Position numbers and translations under genes: made by a program. A stretch of DNA of 56,497 nt from Myxococcales bacterium (GTDB lineage Bacteria > Myxococcota_A > UBA9042), in the NCBI GenBank assembly GCA_947499075.1, contig CANMNA010000003.1, forward strand, positions 1 through 56,497. Reading direction: 5' to 3'. The notes beneath the pieces are model-generated. The model did no database searches and was not told where the DNA came from. It saw nothing but the letters and a program-made list of their open reading frames with translations. Numbering within the stretch: position 1 is the stretch's first letter; each line of letters opens with the position of its first letter. Below are positions 15,468 through 26,149 of the stretch, piece after piece.

Positions 15468-18400
15468 CTACCGCCCGATCGCCTTCCAGTACCCATCGAG
15501 CCGCTCTTTCCACGCCTGCGGCGCCCGCTGCTGCATCGCTCGCAACAGCTCCTGGCGGTACCGCTCGCTATCCGCCCCCGCACCGTTGCTGCGCAGCTCG
15601 ACCGGCGCATCGCCCGCATCCATGCCGACATCGTCGCTTTGCTGCTGGCTGCCCGGCTGACCCTGACCGTCTTGACGCAGCAGTTCATTGGCCCGATCCA
15701 GCGCGTCCAGCGCTTCCGCCGTCTGGTTGAGCGCGCGGCGGGCATCGCTGCGGCGCATGCTGTCCTCGGCCTCGCGCATCGTCTGCAGCGCGTGGTCCAA
15801 GCGCTCTCCGACTTGGCGCTGCAGCGCCGGATGTGCGTCGCCCGCTTCGGCGAGCCGACGGCGCATGCGCTCCATGGCCAGCCGCACCCGGCCTTGGCCG
15901 TCGGCCAGCGCGTCCATCCGGCTTTGCGTCGTCGGCCGCAGCAGCTCTTGCGGCTCCGGCAGGGCTTCGCGCAGCTTCTGGGCCGCCCGCGAAAGCCGAT
16001 CGTCGGCAGCCTGCAGGCGGCGGCCATCGGCAGCGGCCTTGGCCATCTCGGCGAGGTCGTCTTCCTGGGTCAGCGCCCGGCGCATCGCGCCCACGCCGTC
16101 CTGCGCTTCCTGAATCCGCTGCAGCACGCTGTCCAGCCGACCGTGCTCCAGGGCGTCGTCGGCAGCGTCCAGCGCCTGCCGGGCCTCGCCCAGCCCCGAC
16201 TTTTTGCGCGCCGCCGACGAGCCCAGCCGGGCCGGCCGCAGCAGCTCGCGGGCCTCACGCAGCAGGTCGGCCACTTGCGGCAGCGCGGTGTCGCGCATCT
16301 TGCGCACATGCTCTTCCCCGGCGTGGGCCTGCTCTTCGGCGGGCGCCCGCACGTCGTCGCGCAGCCGACCTTGGGCGTCCTGGGCCCGGCCGATGCCGCG
16401 CCGCAGGTCTTGCACCAGCGCGTCGAGCGCCTCGTCCTCACTGGTCCGCGCCGCCTTGCCGCGCTGGCCGACGCTGGCCGCCAGCTGATCGGTCAACTGG
16501 CGCAGCCGCTGCATCGCTTCGCGGGCCTTGCCATCCTTGAGCAACCGCCGAATCTCGCCCAGTGCCGCGCGCTGATCACCCAGATCGCGTTGCAGACCAA
16601 TGGCTTGTAACGCCCGGGCGTTGAGATGCTCAAACGGCACCAGCCGCGCTTGGTCCTGGGCTGTGGCCGCCAGCCGCTCCAGTTGTTGCTCAACGACGTC
16701 GAGCAGGCGCTCGGCCTCGGCTTGCAGCGGCTTGGCATCCTTGTCAGCCAGCTTTTCGAGCGCCGCCATCAGCTGCTGGCTGGATTGCACGAGCGCCTTG
16801 GCGTCTTTGGCCAGCATCGCGTCGAGCTCGTCGCCCGCCAGGTCGGCCAACGCTGCCACGGCTTGTTCCTGGGCGGCAACGACCAGTGCGTGATGGCGTT
16901 GCACGGCATACAGCTCGCGCGAAGCGCCCAGCTCGTCACCGTCTTGTGCCACCGGCGTGGGCGAAGTGCGCTGCAGCGCGCGCTGCTCGTCGCCCAGCGC
17001 CTCGGCCAATTGGCGCTCGATGGCATCCAAGTCTGCCAGCGACCGGGCTTTGGCTTGGGCATCGTCGCCCAGCGACCGCCGCAGCCCGCGCAGCGCTGCC
17101 ATCGCCTTCTCCTCGCCTTCGACCATCTCCATCCGGGCCTTGAGCGCCGCCGCCAGCTCAATCCGCTGCACCGCTGGGTCGCGCTCCAGCCGGTCGGCCA
17201 GCCGCAGCGCCCACTGATCAGCGAGCTGACGCAGCAACTCGAGCACCTTGCCGTGGTGGCGATCGGCCGAGAACATCCGCACCCGCAGCTTGTCTGACAT
17301 GCCCTTGCGTGCGCCGTCAAACGGGTTGGCATCGGCCGCCTCCAGCTGCAGCTGGGCCACTTCACCCGGACGCAGCTGCAAGGAATCGACCGCCAGCGAC
17401 TCGCGCACATCTTTGTGCAGCTCGCCCACCACCAGCGCCACCGGTCGCCGCTCCAGACCGCCCGTTGGCCGCGCAACCGCCAGCTCAATCTGGCTTAACC
17501 CAATGTCGTCATCGACTTGACCCAGCAGGACCAACGTCTGACCAGCCCGCACCTCAACCTCGCCGCTTGGCTGACTCAGCACCACCTTGGGCGGCTGGTC
17601 GGCCGTGGGCTTGAGCTCGCGAAAAGTGGCCTCGCGCAGCGGGTTACCCAGCTTGTCGCGGCCGATAAAGCGGTAGCGCAAGCCCTGCAGCAGCGTGGCC
17701 TGCCACACCCACCCACGGTCATCGAGGCTGGCCACCGGTTGGCGCTCGCTGCGCGACCGGCCCTGCACCACTTGCTGGATCTCGACGGCATCGACCTGCA
17801 CGTCCGGCAGCGGCGCGGCTTGGACGGTCACTTTGCTGCCGCGCAGCGCCTGCGTCTCAGCCCCCTCCTCTTCGCGCAGCGGCACGGCAGTCGCCGCATA
17901 GTCGGGCGGCTGGATGCGCAGGTGCACGTCGCCGACCAGTGTGCCGACATCGCGCGGCTGCACCGCCTCTGGCTGATTGCTGCTGAACCACGCTTGCCAC
18001 GTCGGCTCCGCGTGCGCCCGGACCAGCAGCGCCGCGCAGGCCACCGCCAGCAGCCAAGCCAGGTAGCGCTTGCAGCGCCGCTGCAGCGCCACGATGTCGG
18101 CATCTAGCCCACTGACCTGCTGATCGGCCTGGGCCAGCGTCGCCGCGACCATCCACGCCGAACCGACGCTGCCGGTGCCGTGGCTGCGCACTTGGGCGGC
18201 CAGCTCGACACCCGATCGCAGCAGCTCGCCATCGACTGTGGCATGGCGCATCGCCCGCACCGCCGCCCAACGCGCCAAGCGTCGCTGCAGCAGGTGGCGG
18301 TGCAGCAGCATCGCGGTCGTCGTCGCGACCGCCGGCATCGCCGCCACCCACAGCACCAGCGCCAGCGCGCCGCGGGCTTGGCCCACCAGCGTCGCCAGCG

Positions 18401-18581
18401 CCAGACCACATCCGAGCACCGCGCTGCCCGCCACTAGCCCCAGCAGCACAGCTTCGAGCGCCGTAATGCCGCGCCAGCGCGACCGCACCAGCTGCAGCCG
18501 TGCCCACAACGCCGCAGCGGTGCGCTCGGCCAAGCTGTCAGCCGGTGAACTCAGCGGTTGCGAAGGGATGCTCGCTGACAT
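15468..18581 (-). CDS. Large membrane-anchored coiled-coil protein (DUF4175-like, uncertain)
   Basis: 1037 aa. N-terminal TM hairpins (ITALEAVLLGLVAGSAVLGCGLALA, LALVLWVAAMPAV), followed by more than 600 aa of A/L/R/E/Q-rich helical sequence. Ends '...YRQELLRAMQQRAPQAWKERLDGYWKAIGR'. Confidence 0.6.
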   Translation of the reverse strand: MSASIPSQPLSSPADSLAERTAAALWARLQLVRSRWRGITALEAVLLGLVAGSAVLGCGLALATLVGQARGALALVLWVAAMPAVATTTAMLLHRHLLQRRLARWAAVRAMRHATVDGELLRSGVELAAQVRSHGTGSVGSAWMVAATLAQADQQVSGLDADIVALQRRCKRYLAWLLAVACAALLVRAHAEPTWQAWFSSNQPEAVQPRDVGTLVGDVHLRIQPPDYAATAVPLREEEGAETQALRGSKVTVQAAPLPDVQVDAVEIQQVVQGRSRSERQPVASLDDRGWVWQATLLQGLRYRFIGRDKLGNPLREATFRELKPTADQPPKVVLSQPSGEVEVRAGQTLVLLGQVDDDIGLSQIELAVARPTGGLERRPVALVVGELHKDVRESLAVDSLQLRPGEVAQLQLEAADANPFDGARKGMSDKLRVRMFSADRHHGKVLELLRQLADQWALRLADRLERDPAVQRIELAAALKARMEMVEGEEKAMAALRGLRRSLGDDAQAKARSLADLDAIERQLAEALGDEQRALQRTSPTPVAQDGDELGASRELYAVQRHHALVVAAQEQAVAALADLAGDELDAMLAKDAKALVQSSQQLMAALEKLADKDAKPLQAEAERLLDVVEQQLERLAATAQDQARLVPFEHLNARALQAIGLQRDLGDQRAALGEIRRLLKDGKAREAMQRLRQLTDQLAASVGQRGKAARTSEDEALDALVQDLRRGIGRAQDAQGRLRDDVRAPAEEQAHAGEEHVRKMRDTALPQVADLLREARELLRPARLGSSAARKKSGLGEARQALDAADDALEHGRLDSVLQRIQEAQDGVGAMRRALTQEDDLAEMAKAAADGRRLQAADDRLSRAAQKLREALPEPQELLRPTTQSRMDALADGQGRVRLAMERMRRRLAEAGDAHPALQRQVGERLDHALQTMREAEDSMRRSDARRALNQTAEALDALDRANELLRQDGQGQPGSQQQSDDVGMDAGDAPVELRSNGAGADSERYRQELLRAMQQRAPQAWKERLDGYWKAIGR

Positions 18582-18593
18582 GCGCGATCGAGC

Positions 18594-20868
18594 CTACTTG
18601 AGCGAAACGCCGCGCAACAGGGTTATCATTTTCTCTTTGAGCGCCGCCAGTTTGACTTCGCCTTCCACCAGCTTCTTGGCGACCAACGCCGCCTTGGTCG
18701 AAGCGGCTTCGAGCTGCCCCACCAGTTGCCGCCGCAGGTCAGCTGCGACCGCCGAGGCCGGCAGCGCGTCGAGGTTACCCTGAATGCGCCGCTGCTCGTC
18801 GTCCAGCACCTCGCGCTGCTTGCGCAGCCCATCTATCTCGCGGTCAATCGTCGCCATCTCTTGGTGCACCGCCAGCAGTTGGGTGATCGGGCCCTTGATC
18901 GCCTCTTCGGCCGTGACGTTCTTGAGGTACAGCTGCATGACGGCCACCGCGCGGTCGGTCAGCGTCATGTCTTCGAACCACACCGGCGACTCTTCGACCA
19001 GCACGGTCTCGGCCTTGCCCTTGGCCGGCGCGGCAACGGGCACATACAGGTCCGCACCGGCTTTGACCAGGTCCTTGGGCGGCTCGCGCAGCGTCATGCC
19101 GCTGGTGGCCGAGATCTTGATGTAGCACAGCATCGGCTTGTCGCGGGTGTTGTCGACGCTAAAGGTGCGCTTGATCAGGCGCTTGCCTTCGATACGGATG
19201 CGGCCGTCGACGATTTTGGCCAGATGCAGCTCGGCCTCCTCATCCTTGGTGGTCAGCGAAGTCGACACGCCTGACTCGCGGGCGTAGGGCACAAACGCAG
19301 TCTCGGACTTGCCGACCCGGCCGATAAACCCTTCGCCGGCGAACGTGCCGTCGATGTACAGCGTAATCGGGCCGCCTTCGACACTGGCGGCGTTGTCGTT
19401 TTTTAACAAAATCGCCCGGTAAGGTAGCTGGCCACTGTCGCGAAACAAGATGATGTCGCGACCGTCGAGCTTCTTGTTGAGCAAGTTGATGAGCGCCGCC
19501 GAGCGATCGGGCACGGTGACCGGGTGCTGGGCTTCGTAGGCGAACAGTGCGCCGACTTCGCGACCAGAAACCAAGGCTTGCGCTGACCGCATCGCGGCAT
19601 CGCGGCGCTTCTGGTCATCGCCCGGCGCATCCGCCGGCTTGGGCGGTGCGGGCGGCGGGCGCCATCCACCACCGCCGCCCCCTTTGGCCGCACTGCGGGA
19701 GCGCATCGGCGCCGCCGCTGCCGCAGGTGCGCTGTCTGCCCCACCAAACGACTTGGCGACGACGTCGCCGCCTTCCTCGTCCGCCGCGCCAAAAAATTTG
19801 GATCCCGTCGCATCTTTGAACGCGCCGGCCAGCGCCTTCTTGTTGACCTGTTCACGCGCTTCCTCCTTCTTGTCTTCCGGTGCCGCGGATTCCGCAGGTG
19901 CCGCTGCCGACGCCACCTCGCTGCCGACGTCCGCTTCGGGAGGTGCATCGGCCGTTGCTGCCAGCCGCGGCGACAAATCCGGCCGATCGACCATGTGCGG
20001 CGTGTGCAGGTTGTAGCGAAAACTGAGCGGCGAGCCGACCACCAGCGTCAGCTTGACCTCATTCCAGTCCTCGCCGCTGGTATTGTCGACGATGGCCCAT
20101 CCTTGCAACTGCACGCCTTTGTCTTTTTCGACCCACGCCCGATACGCCGGTCGCCACACCGGCACTTCGTGGATATAGCTCACGATCAGATCGTGGGTCT
20201 TGTCGCCCGCCAAGCGAATCTGCAGCGACACCGGCTTCCAGGCGCCATCGGCCTTGCTGATGTCGAGCGACTGCTTCAGCCCCACCGACAGCGTGCGGTC
20301 GCCGATGGTCAGCTTGGTGATGCTCTCCACGGGCATGGTCGAGAGCTGATCGTCGCCGACCATCAGCGTCAAGATCGCCACCTTGCTCGGCTTGCCGTCG
20401 CCTTCCCGGCCGGCTCCCGGCGGCATCTCGACGCCCACCACCCGCCCTTGCAATGTGCCGCTGCGGCCCTCCACCGTCACGTCTGCACCGCGCAGCACCG
20501 CCAACAGGCCAACCATGCCCGTGGCATTGCGCACTTGCGCCGGCAGCTCGGCAGCCAACCGGTCGCCCGACTTGTCGACCGGCAGCGACACTGCTGAAGC
20601 CGCGCCGCCCGACAAGTCAAGCACGGCCAGCGACTTGAGCACGTCGTTGATTTGATCGGGGCGCACCCGCAGCTCGACCACCTGCTTGTCGACCATGCCG
20701 CGCTTCTCGAAGTAGCCCACGCCATTTTGGTACAGCACCACTTTGGCGATCGGCAGCTCGGCGGCTGCAGGCACAGTGGACTTGGGCCCGTGACACGCGG
20801 TAGCCAGCAGCCCCACGACCAGCAACACGGACAGCCAACCGGACAGCAACAGTGGTAGCGTTTTCATC
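18594..20868 (-). CDS. Secreted DUF4139/DUF4140-like protein with C-terminal coiled coil
   Basis: ATG 20868 lies 6 nt after AGGAG. Signal 'MKTLPLLLSGWLSVLLVVGLLATAC'. N-terminal motif 'KVVLYQNGVGYFEKRG'. 12 nt upstream of the next gene. Confidence 0.6.
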
Positions 20869-20961
20869 GACATCTCCTGCGTGTGGCGCATGCTAGCACA
20901 CCACAGCGAACGGCCCGGTGCAAGCACGTGAGCCTAGACGCGCCGCAGTCACAGCAGGTCT

Positions 20962-21876
20962 TCAACTGACCTGCAGCCGCCACGATCGGTGCACTTGGCG
21001 GTTGCGGTAGTCGACCGGCACCGATTGAGCGGTCGTCTCGGTGCATTGTGCCGGCAGGCTCAGCAGGTCGGGCTCAAACCGCTGGTGATTGGTCGAAAAC
21101 AGCACCATGCCGCCCGGCCGCAGCACCTGCAGGCACTGCACGAGCAGCGCCCGATGGTCGCGCTGCACCGCGAAGTCGCCTTCGGGCCGGTCCGAAAACG
21201 ACGGCGGATCGCACAGCACCAGATCAAAGCGCTTGTCGTGGCGTAGCGCCCAATCGAGGTAGGTCCGCGCATCGACTTCGGCCGTAGCATGTTCGGCAGC
21301 AGTCAAGCCATTGAGCACCAGATTGTCGGCATACCACGCCAGATAGGTCGCCGAAGTATCCACGGTCAGCGTCGACTTGGCTTTGCCAGCCGCAGCAGCC
21401 ACTGAAAATCCGCCGGTATAGGCAAACAGATTGCAGACATCGCGCCCAGCACTGTGGTGGCGCAGCCACGACCGCGTCGGCCGGTGGTCGCCAAACAGCC
21501 CGGTGTCGAGATAATCGGTCAGGTTGACCCAAAACTGCAGCGGGCCCTCGCACACTTGCAGGCGCTCGCCAAAATTGTTGTGCTTGCGGTACCGCTCGCC
21601 CACCTCTGGCCGGGTATGGCGGTGGCGGGTGTGAATCCATTGGGCGCTGATGCCCAGCGCCCGCGCCGCGGCGTGGCCCAACTGCTCCGCGTACCCATCC
21701 AGAGCGTCGGTCTGGTCGCGGTCGTAGATGCCCACCACCAAGTGCCCGGCGTAAAAATCGGCGACGGCGCGCACTTCGGGAATGTCGCGATCGTAGACCC
21801 GAAACACGTCGATGCGCTGATTGGCAAACGCTTTGGCCAGGCGGTCAAAGTTCTTGCGCACACGGTTGCCGAACAT
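20962..21876 (-). CDS. Class I SAM-dependent RNA methyltransferase (RlmK/RlmL C-terminal-domain-like)
   Basis: 'MFGNRVRKNFDRLAKAF...VFRVYDRDIPE', 'NLFAYTGGFSVAAA', 'DLVLCDPPSFS' SAM-MTase motifs. The N-terminal portion of the track ORF is read-through. Confidence 0.75.
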   Translation of the reverse strand: MFGNRVRKNFDRLAKAFANQRIDVFRVYDRDIPEVRAVADFYAGHLVVGIYDRDQTDALDGYAEQLGHAAARALGISAQWIHTRHRHTRPEVGERYRKHNNFGERLQVCEGPLQFWVNLTDYLDTGLFGDHRPTRSWLRHHSAGRDVCNLFAYTGGFSVAAAAGKAKSTLTVDTSATYLAWYADNLVLNGLTAAEHATAEVDARTYLDWALRHDKRFDLVLCDPPSFSDRPEGDFAVQRDHRALLVQCLQVLRPGGMVLFSTNHQRFEPDLLSLPAQCTETTAQSVPVDYRNRQVHRSWRLQVS

Positions 21877-21974
21877 GTCGGCGTGCTGGGTTGTGCTCAG
21901 AAATGGCGACGTAGCGGACGACCTGCGACAAGAAGCGTCGGCCGCCAGCAGGATCGGGCAACGGCCCGCGAACC

Positions 21975-24107
21975 CTACAGCGTTTTGAGGTATTCGATCA
22001 AGTCGGCTTTTTCGACACTGGACAGCTTGGCGGCGTGGCCCATGCTGTTGCCGAGCCGGTCGAGCAGCGTGGTCAGCGTCGCAGCGCTGCCGTCGTGCAG
22101 GTACGGCGCGGTGTTCCACAACCCGCGCAGCGTCGGCGTATCAAACTTGCTGGCGGCGCCCGGCTTGAAGTCGCCGTTCATCATCGCCGCTTGTTGGTCG
22201 ATCGGGGTGCCTGTGCCGACATCGTGGCTGACGCCGTCGACGCCCGTGCCACCCAAGTGGCAAGCCGCGCAGCCCGCTACGCCTTCAAAGAGCTCTTTGC
22301 CGTGCGCCTGCTTGGCAGTGAGTGCGCCGTTGGCAGCCACATACGGATTGGGCGCGGCCGGAGCCAAGCCCACCAGCAAGAACTGCTCCAGCGATGCCAG
22401 CTCAGCCACGGTCAGACCTTGGCCGTGCATGCGCTCGACGGTCTTGACCATGTTGTTTTTCAGGTCATCTTCGGTGCCCTTCCAGTTAAACGGCGCGGTG
22501 CCATCCAGCCGGCCGGCCAGCTGCGGGGTCTGGCGCACGCCTTCGGGGGTCACCCACGCCAGCTTGTCTTCGCCGCCGTCAAAGTGGCAGGTCGCGCACG
22601 CAAAGGTACCGCCCTTGGACAAGCGGGCGTTGCCAGCAAAAGTGAAAGTCCGCCGGCCCAGCCGCGCCGCTTCTGGCAAGGTATCGATACCAAACGCCAC
22701 CCGCACAACGGGTTGAAAAGTCGGCAAGCTGGCAATCGCCGCGTCGCTGTTGAGCCATGGCCCCAGATCAAACGCGCTGACTTTGACTTCGTGGCTGTCC
22801 AACACAAACGCAAACCGACCATCGTCGCTGAACGCCACTGCGGTTGGCGCTTGCCCCGAGACCAGTTCGCCCGCTTCGACGGCCTGATCGGCCGCCAGCT
22901 TGCCGCCGCTGTGCAAAAGCAACACGTTGTCGGTGCCAGTGGCTGGCACGGCCACCAATCGCCGCGACGGGTGCGCGACGACATCAGCCGGTTGGTCAAA
23001 CCTGGTCGCAAAGGCTTGCGGGCCAACTGGCGGCTCTTGGCTGTTGGCCGCACTGTCACCACTGGCGGCGAGCCGCAGCGGCTTGCCGGTCAGCTCGCGC
23101 GACACTTTGGCGGTGTTCGAGGTCGCCAGGACCGAGGCTTCGATCGGCCGTCGCGGCTCGACACAGTCGGTGTTGCCGCCGCTGCTGCCGTAGCCGTCAC
23201 CGCCGCCACCCTTGCCACCCTTGTTCGGCGTCATCAGGTCCTTGGGCGAACCGGGCGCTGCCACTACGCGCGCCACCAGCACTTCGTCGGTCGCAGGCTC
23301 GTAAGCCGCGCCCAAGATCCGTCGCGACTTGCGCAGCGGGTCCTTGCAGGTCGAGACCAGAGACGCCCCGGTCGCCGCCGGGCTGCTGCCCATAGTCGCT
23401 GGCGCCTTGTTGTCGCTGAGCAAGAACCGCTCGATGTTGCCGTCGTCGTAGGTGACGGCGAGGTAGCTCGGTGCCACCGCCAGCGCGGTCGGCGAAGCGG
23501 CCAGAGTCTGGCGATAGAGCTCTTTACGGGTCACTGCGTCGAAGGTGACCAACTGCCGCAGGCCGCCCAGCGCCACGTACAGGTGATGGCCCTTGGTCGA
23601 CAGCGCCAACGCCCGCGGCTCTAGGCCCACTTCCAGCGTGTCGGACTGAACCGACAGCGGCTGTTCAGGATTGCCCGTCGCGGCAAACCGCAGCACCGTC
23701 GTGCCCATCCGAGGGACAACCCACACGGCACCATCAGGGCCGACCACCAGTTTTTCAGGGCGGTTGGCAACCGACAGCGTCTGCACAACCTCGAGCGGCT
23801 GCTGGCGCATGACCACCACGGCATCGCGCTCGCGATCGGCGATGAACAGCTTGCCACCGCTGCCGACCATGGCATGGCCGGCGGTCCAGCTGCGCGCGGT
23901 CTCGCCTGCAGGTCGCGCGTCTGGGGCCTTGAGGTTGCCCGAACTGGCCGAAGGCAGGGTCGAGACGTCAATGCCATCAGGCACTCCGCCAACCTGCGCA
24001 ACTTGAAGGACGTCGTCAAATCGTGTCACACATCCGGTGGCCGCCACCGCAAGCACCATCGACGCGGCGATCTGACCAATGGCGACTTTGCCCACACAAC
24101 GATGCAT
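21975..24107 (-). CDS. Beta-propeller + di-haem cytochrome c peroxidase/MauG-family lipoprotein
   Basis: Two CxxCH sites ('CATCHFDGG', 'CAACHLGG'), 'TPTLRGLWNTAPYLHDGS', and an N-terminal lipobox 'LAVAATGC'. Confidence 0.8.
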   Translation of the reverse strand: MHRCVGKVAIGQIAASMVLAVAATGCVTRFDDVLQVAQVGGVPDGIDVSTLPSASSGNLKAPDARPAGETARSWTAGHAMVGSGGKLFIADRERDAVVVMRQQPLEVVQTLSVANRPEKLVVGPDGAVWVVPRMGTTVLRFAATGNPEQPLSVQSDTLEVGLEPRALALSTKGHHLYVALGGLRQLVTFDAVTRKELYRQTLAASPTALAVAPSYLAVTYDDGNIERFLLSDNKAPATMGSSPAATGASLVSTCKDPLRKSRRILGAAYEPATDEVLVARVVAAPGSPKDLMTPNKGGKGGGGDGYGSSGGNTDCVEPRRPIEASVLATSNTAKVSRELTGKPLRLAASGDSAANSQEPPVGPQAFATRFDQPADVVAHPSRRLVAVPATGTDNVLLLHSGGKLAADQAVEAGELVSGQAPTAVAFSDDGRFAFVLDSHEVKVSAFDLGPWLNSDAAIASLPTFQPVVRVAFGIDTLPEAARLGRRTFTFAGNARLSKGGTFACATCHFDGGEDKLAWVTPEGVRQTPQLAGRLDGTAPFNWKGTEDDLKNNMVKTVERMHGQGLTVAELASLEQFLLVGLAPAAPNPYVAANGALTAKQAHGKELFEGVAGCAACHLGGTGVDGVSHDVGTGTPIDQQAAMMNGDFKPGAASKFDTPTLRGLWNTAPYLHDGSAATLTTLLDRLGNSMGHAAKLSSVEKADLIEYLKTL

Positions 24108-24207
24108 TGGAACCCCCTGCTTGCCCAGCCTAAGCTTACGCATGGCGCTGCCCGCGCGCAAGGGACAACGCGGCGGTGGGCCAAAGATTCACGGGTGGTC
24201 GCAGCGG

Positions 24208-25497
24208 CTACGGGCCGCCCACCGGCACCGTCGGCATGATGAAAATCGCCTGACGTGTCTGCGGTTTGGACTGACTGTCGGTGACTTCAGCGGCAAAAAA
24301 GAAGCCCTTGAGCACGATCTGCGACAGCGGCACTTTGAGTTCAAGCACCAGCGAGGCGTCGGTCACCGCGCCGCTCAGGCTGCCATCGGCGGCCAGCGTC
24401 AGGCCCTTGGGGATACCGGCATTGGGCAAAAAGCCCTTGACCATGCCGGGCAGCGGCGTCTCGGCCCACTTGTAGGGCTTCTTGCCGCCCTTGGCTTGCA
24501 GCTTGGAGTTGTAGGGCACCGGCACTTGATCGACCACGATAATTAGCGGCAATACGATGACTTTGGTGATAAACAGGTTGATTTCTTGGGTGCCAACGAT
24601 CTCCAGCGGTGCCAACTTGACTGGCAGCACCAGCGACTTGGTCGCGACCAGTGGCGCGTCCGCGTTGTCGAATACTTTGACATCGAAGGTGTACTCGCCA
24701 TCGCCTTGTGGCGTGCCGGTGAGCACGCCGTCGCTGCCCAGCGCGATGCCAGTCGGCAGCTTGCCGGCCGTGATGCCCCAGAAGTAAGGCGCCGTGCCGC
24801 CCTGCGCCGTCAGCGGCAAGCTGTAGGCCACGCCATCGGTGGCCGCCTTGAGCGGTGAGGTCGAGGTCACCACCAGACCGCCGTCCTTGATCTCCAACGC
24901 CAGCACTTGATTGGCCTTGTTGGCGCTTTTGTCCTGCACTTGCACCTGCAGCGAGTAGCTGCCCGCCGCCTTGGCCGCGCCGTCGATGGCCCCATCGGGC
25001 AGCAGCGTCAGCCCCGCCGGCAGCGCGCCCTGGCTCAGCGACCACGCGTACGGTTGCTCGCCGCCTTTGGCTTCCAGTTGGGCCTTGTACGGCTTGTTGG
25101 CCAAGCCGGTCGGCAAGGCGGTGGTGACAACGCTGAGCGGCGCGATCTGGCAGGTGCCGGCGACGCAGGCCACGCCGGCCTGACACTGGCTGTCGCCGGA
25201 GCACTGCACGCACTGGCCTTCGCTGCACTGGAGCTTGTCCGGGCACGGCGACTGCACAAAGCCGGAGCCCTGATCGTTGCACACCCAGCGCACGCCGCTC
25301 TTGCAGCCGGCAAAGCCTTTGGGACAACCGGTGGTGACAGCGGCATCGACGGCCAGGCCATCAAAGCTGGAGGCATCGGCCGCGGCCTTGGCCGCCTTGT
25401 CGCCCGACACTGCTTCGTCACTGCAACTGACACACAGCCATGCCGCGAGCCAGCAGCAGGCGAATGTCGCCCCAAGACGCTGAGGGGACATGGCCAT
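24208..25497 (-). CDS. Lipoprotein with Cys-rich module and repeated putative Ig (He_PIG-like) domains
   Basis: Signal 'CCWLAAWLCVSC'. Repeated '..LP.G..(PY)...L.A.GG..PY.W......LP.GL.L..DG.L.G' units. Confidence 0.65.
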   Translation of the reverse strand: MAMSPQRLGATFACCWLAAWLCVSCSDEAVSGDKAAKAAADASSFDGLAVDAAVTTGCPKGFAGCKSGVRWVCNDQGSGFVQSPCPDKLQCSEGQCVQCSGDSQCQAGVACVAGTCQIAPLSVVTTALPTGLANKPYKAQLEAKGGEQPYAWSLSQGALPAGLTLLPDGAIDGAAKAAGSYSLQVQVQDKSANKANQVLALEIKDGGLVVTSTSPLKAATDGVAYSLPLTAQGGTAPYFWGITAGKLPTGIALGSDGVLTGTPQGDGEYTFDVKVFDNADAPLVATKSLVLPVKLAPLEIVGTQEINLFITKVIVLPLIIVVDQVPVPYNSKLQAKGGKKPYKWAETPLPGMVKGFLPNAGIPKGLTLAADGSLSGAVTDASLVLELKVPLSQIVLKGFFFAAEVTDSQSKPQTRQAIFIMPTVPVGGP

Positions 25498-25518
25498 GAT
25501 CCTGCCTTATCCTTTAGA

Positions 25519-26043
25519 TTATGGGCACTTGGCGCCAGCGTCGACCCAATCGACGATCTTCTTGATCTCATCGGCCGACAGCGACCCGGACTTGGGCATT
25601 TTCTTGCTGGTGATCTCGCCCTTGATCGACGCCGCCATGCTGGCCGACGCTTTGCAGTCGGTTGAGTCAAAGATCAGCTTGGAGGTCGCACCGTGGCAGA
25701 ACGCGCACTTGGTTTGCATCACGGCTGCGGCTGTGGTCCAAGTTCCGCCAGCAGCTGCGGTGTCGGCCGCAGGTGGTGTGTCGGCGGTTGCGGTGTCGAC
25801 AGTCGCTGCCGTGTCAGCGCCTGCGGCCGTGTCGGCACCAGCCGTTGTGTCGGTGGTCGTCGCGGCGTCGTTGCCGCCTGCGGTATCGGTGGCGGCGGCA
25901 GTCTCAGCGCCGGTCGCGGCATCGGCACCCGCTGCAGTGTCGGCAGTTGTTCCGGTGCCACCGCCGCCGCTTGACGACGCGCAGCCGCTGGCCGCAAGGA
26001 CGGTGACGATCAGTGATGTTCCAAACAATTTCGAAACTAGCAT
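25519..26043 (-). CDS. Lipoprotein with low-complexity D/T/A linker and C-terminal c-type haem-binding-like domain
   Basis: ATG 26043. Lipobox 'VLAASGC'. 'CAFCHG' CxxCH motif. The linker is (DTAAGA)-like. Confidence 0.6.
   Translation of the reverse strand: MLVSKLFGTSLIVTVLAASGCASSSGGGGTGTTADTAAGADAATGAETAAATDTAGGNDAATTTDTTAGADTAAGADTAATVDTATADTPPAADTAAAGGTWTTAAAVMQTKCAFCHGATSKLIFDSTDCKASASMAASIKGEITSKKMPKSGSLSADEIKKIVDWVDAGAKCP
25750..25975. repeat. Degenerate in-frame repeats (GTGTCGG-containing units) encoding the D/T/A-rich linker
   Basis: The ...gcggtgtcgg... motif recurs at least 8 times on the + strand, and the protein is low-complexity here. Confidence 0.6.
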
Positions 26044-26149
26044 AACGTTTTCCCCCGAATTTGTCCACCCCAGCGTGGTCCGTTGTGGCGCGCATGGTAG
26101 CGATTCTGGCGCAATTGCCAAGCGTGCCATGCGATCCGGTCAAAAAAAA

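Noticed and set aside
14817-16610. 597-aa plus-strand ORF, and many other ORFs between 15356 and 18783
   Set aside because: It overlaps the GNAT toxin in another frame and then runs antisense to the 1037-aa coiled-coil gene. Its composition is dominated by R/A/P/L/Q. The minus-strand gene has TM segments and coherent heptad-like sequence.
22035-23624. 529-aa plus-strand ORF (also 21454-22716 and 26997-28403)
   Set aside because: These are antisense to the cytochrome c peroxidase-like, methyltransferase and DUF1343 genes respectively. They are R/Q/H-rich and have no motifs.
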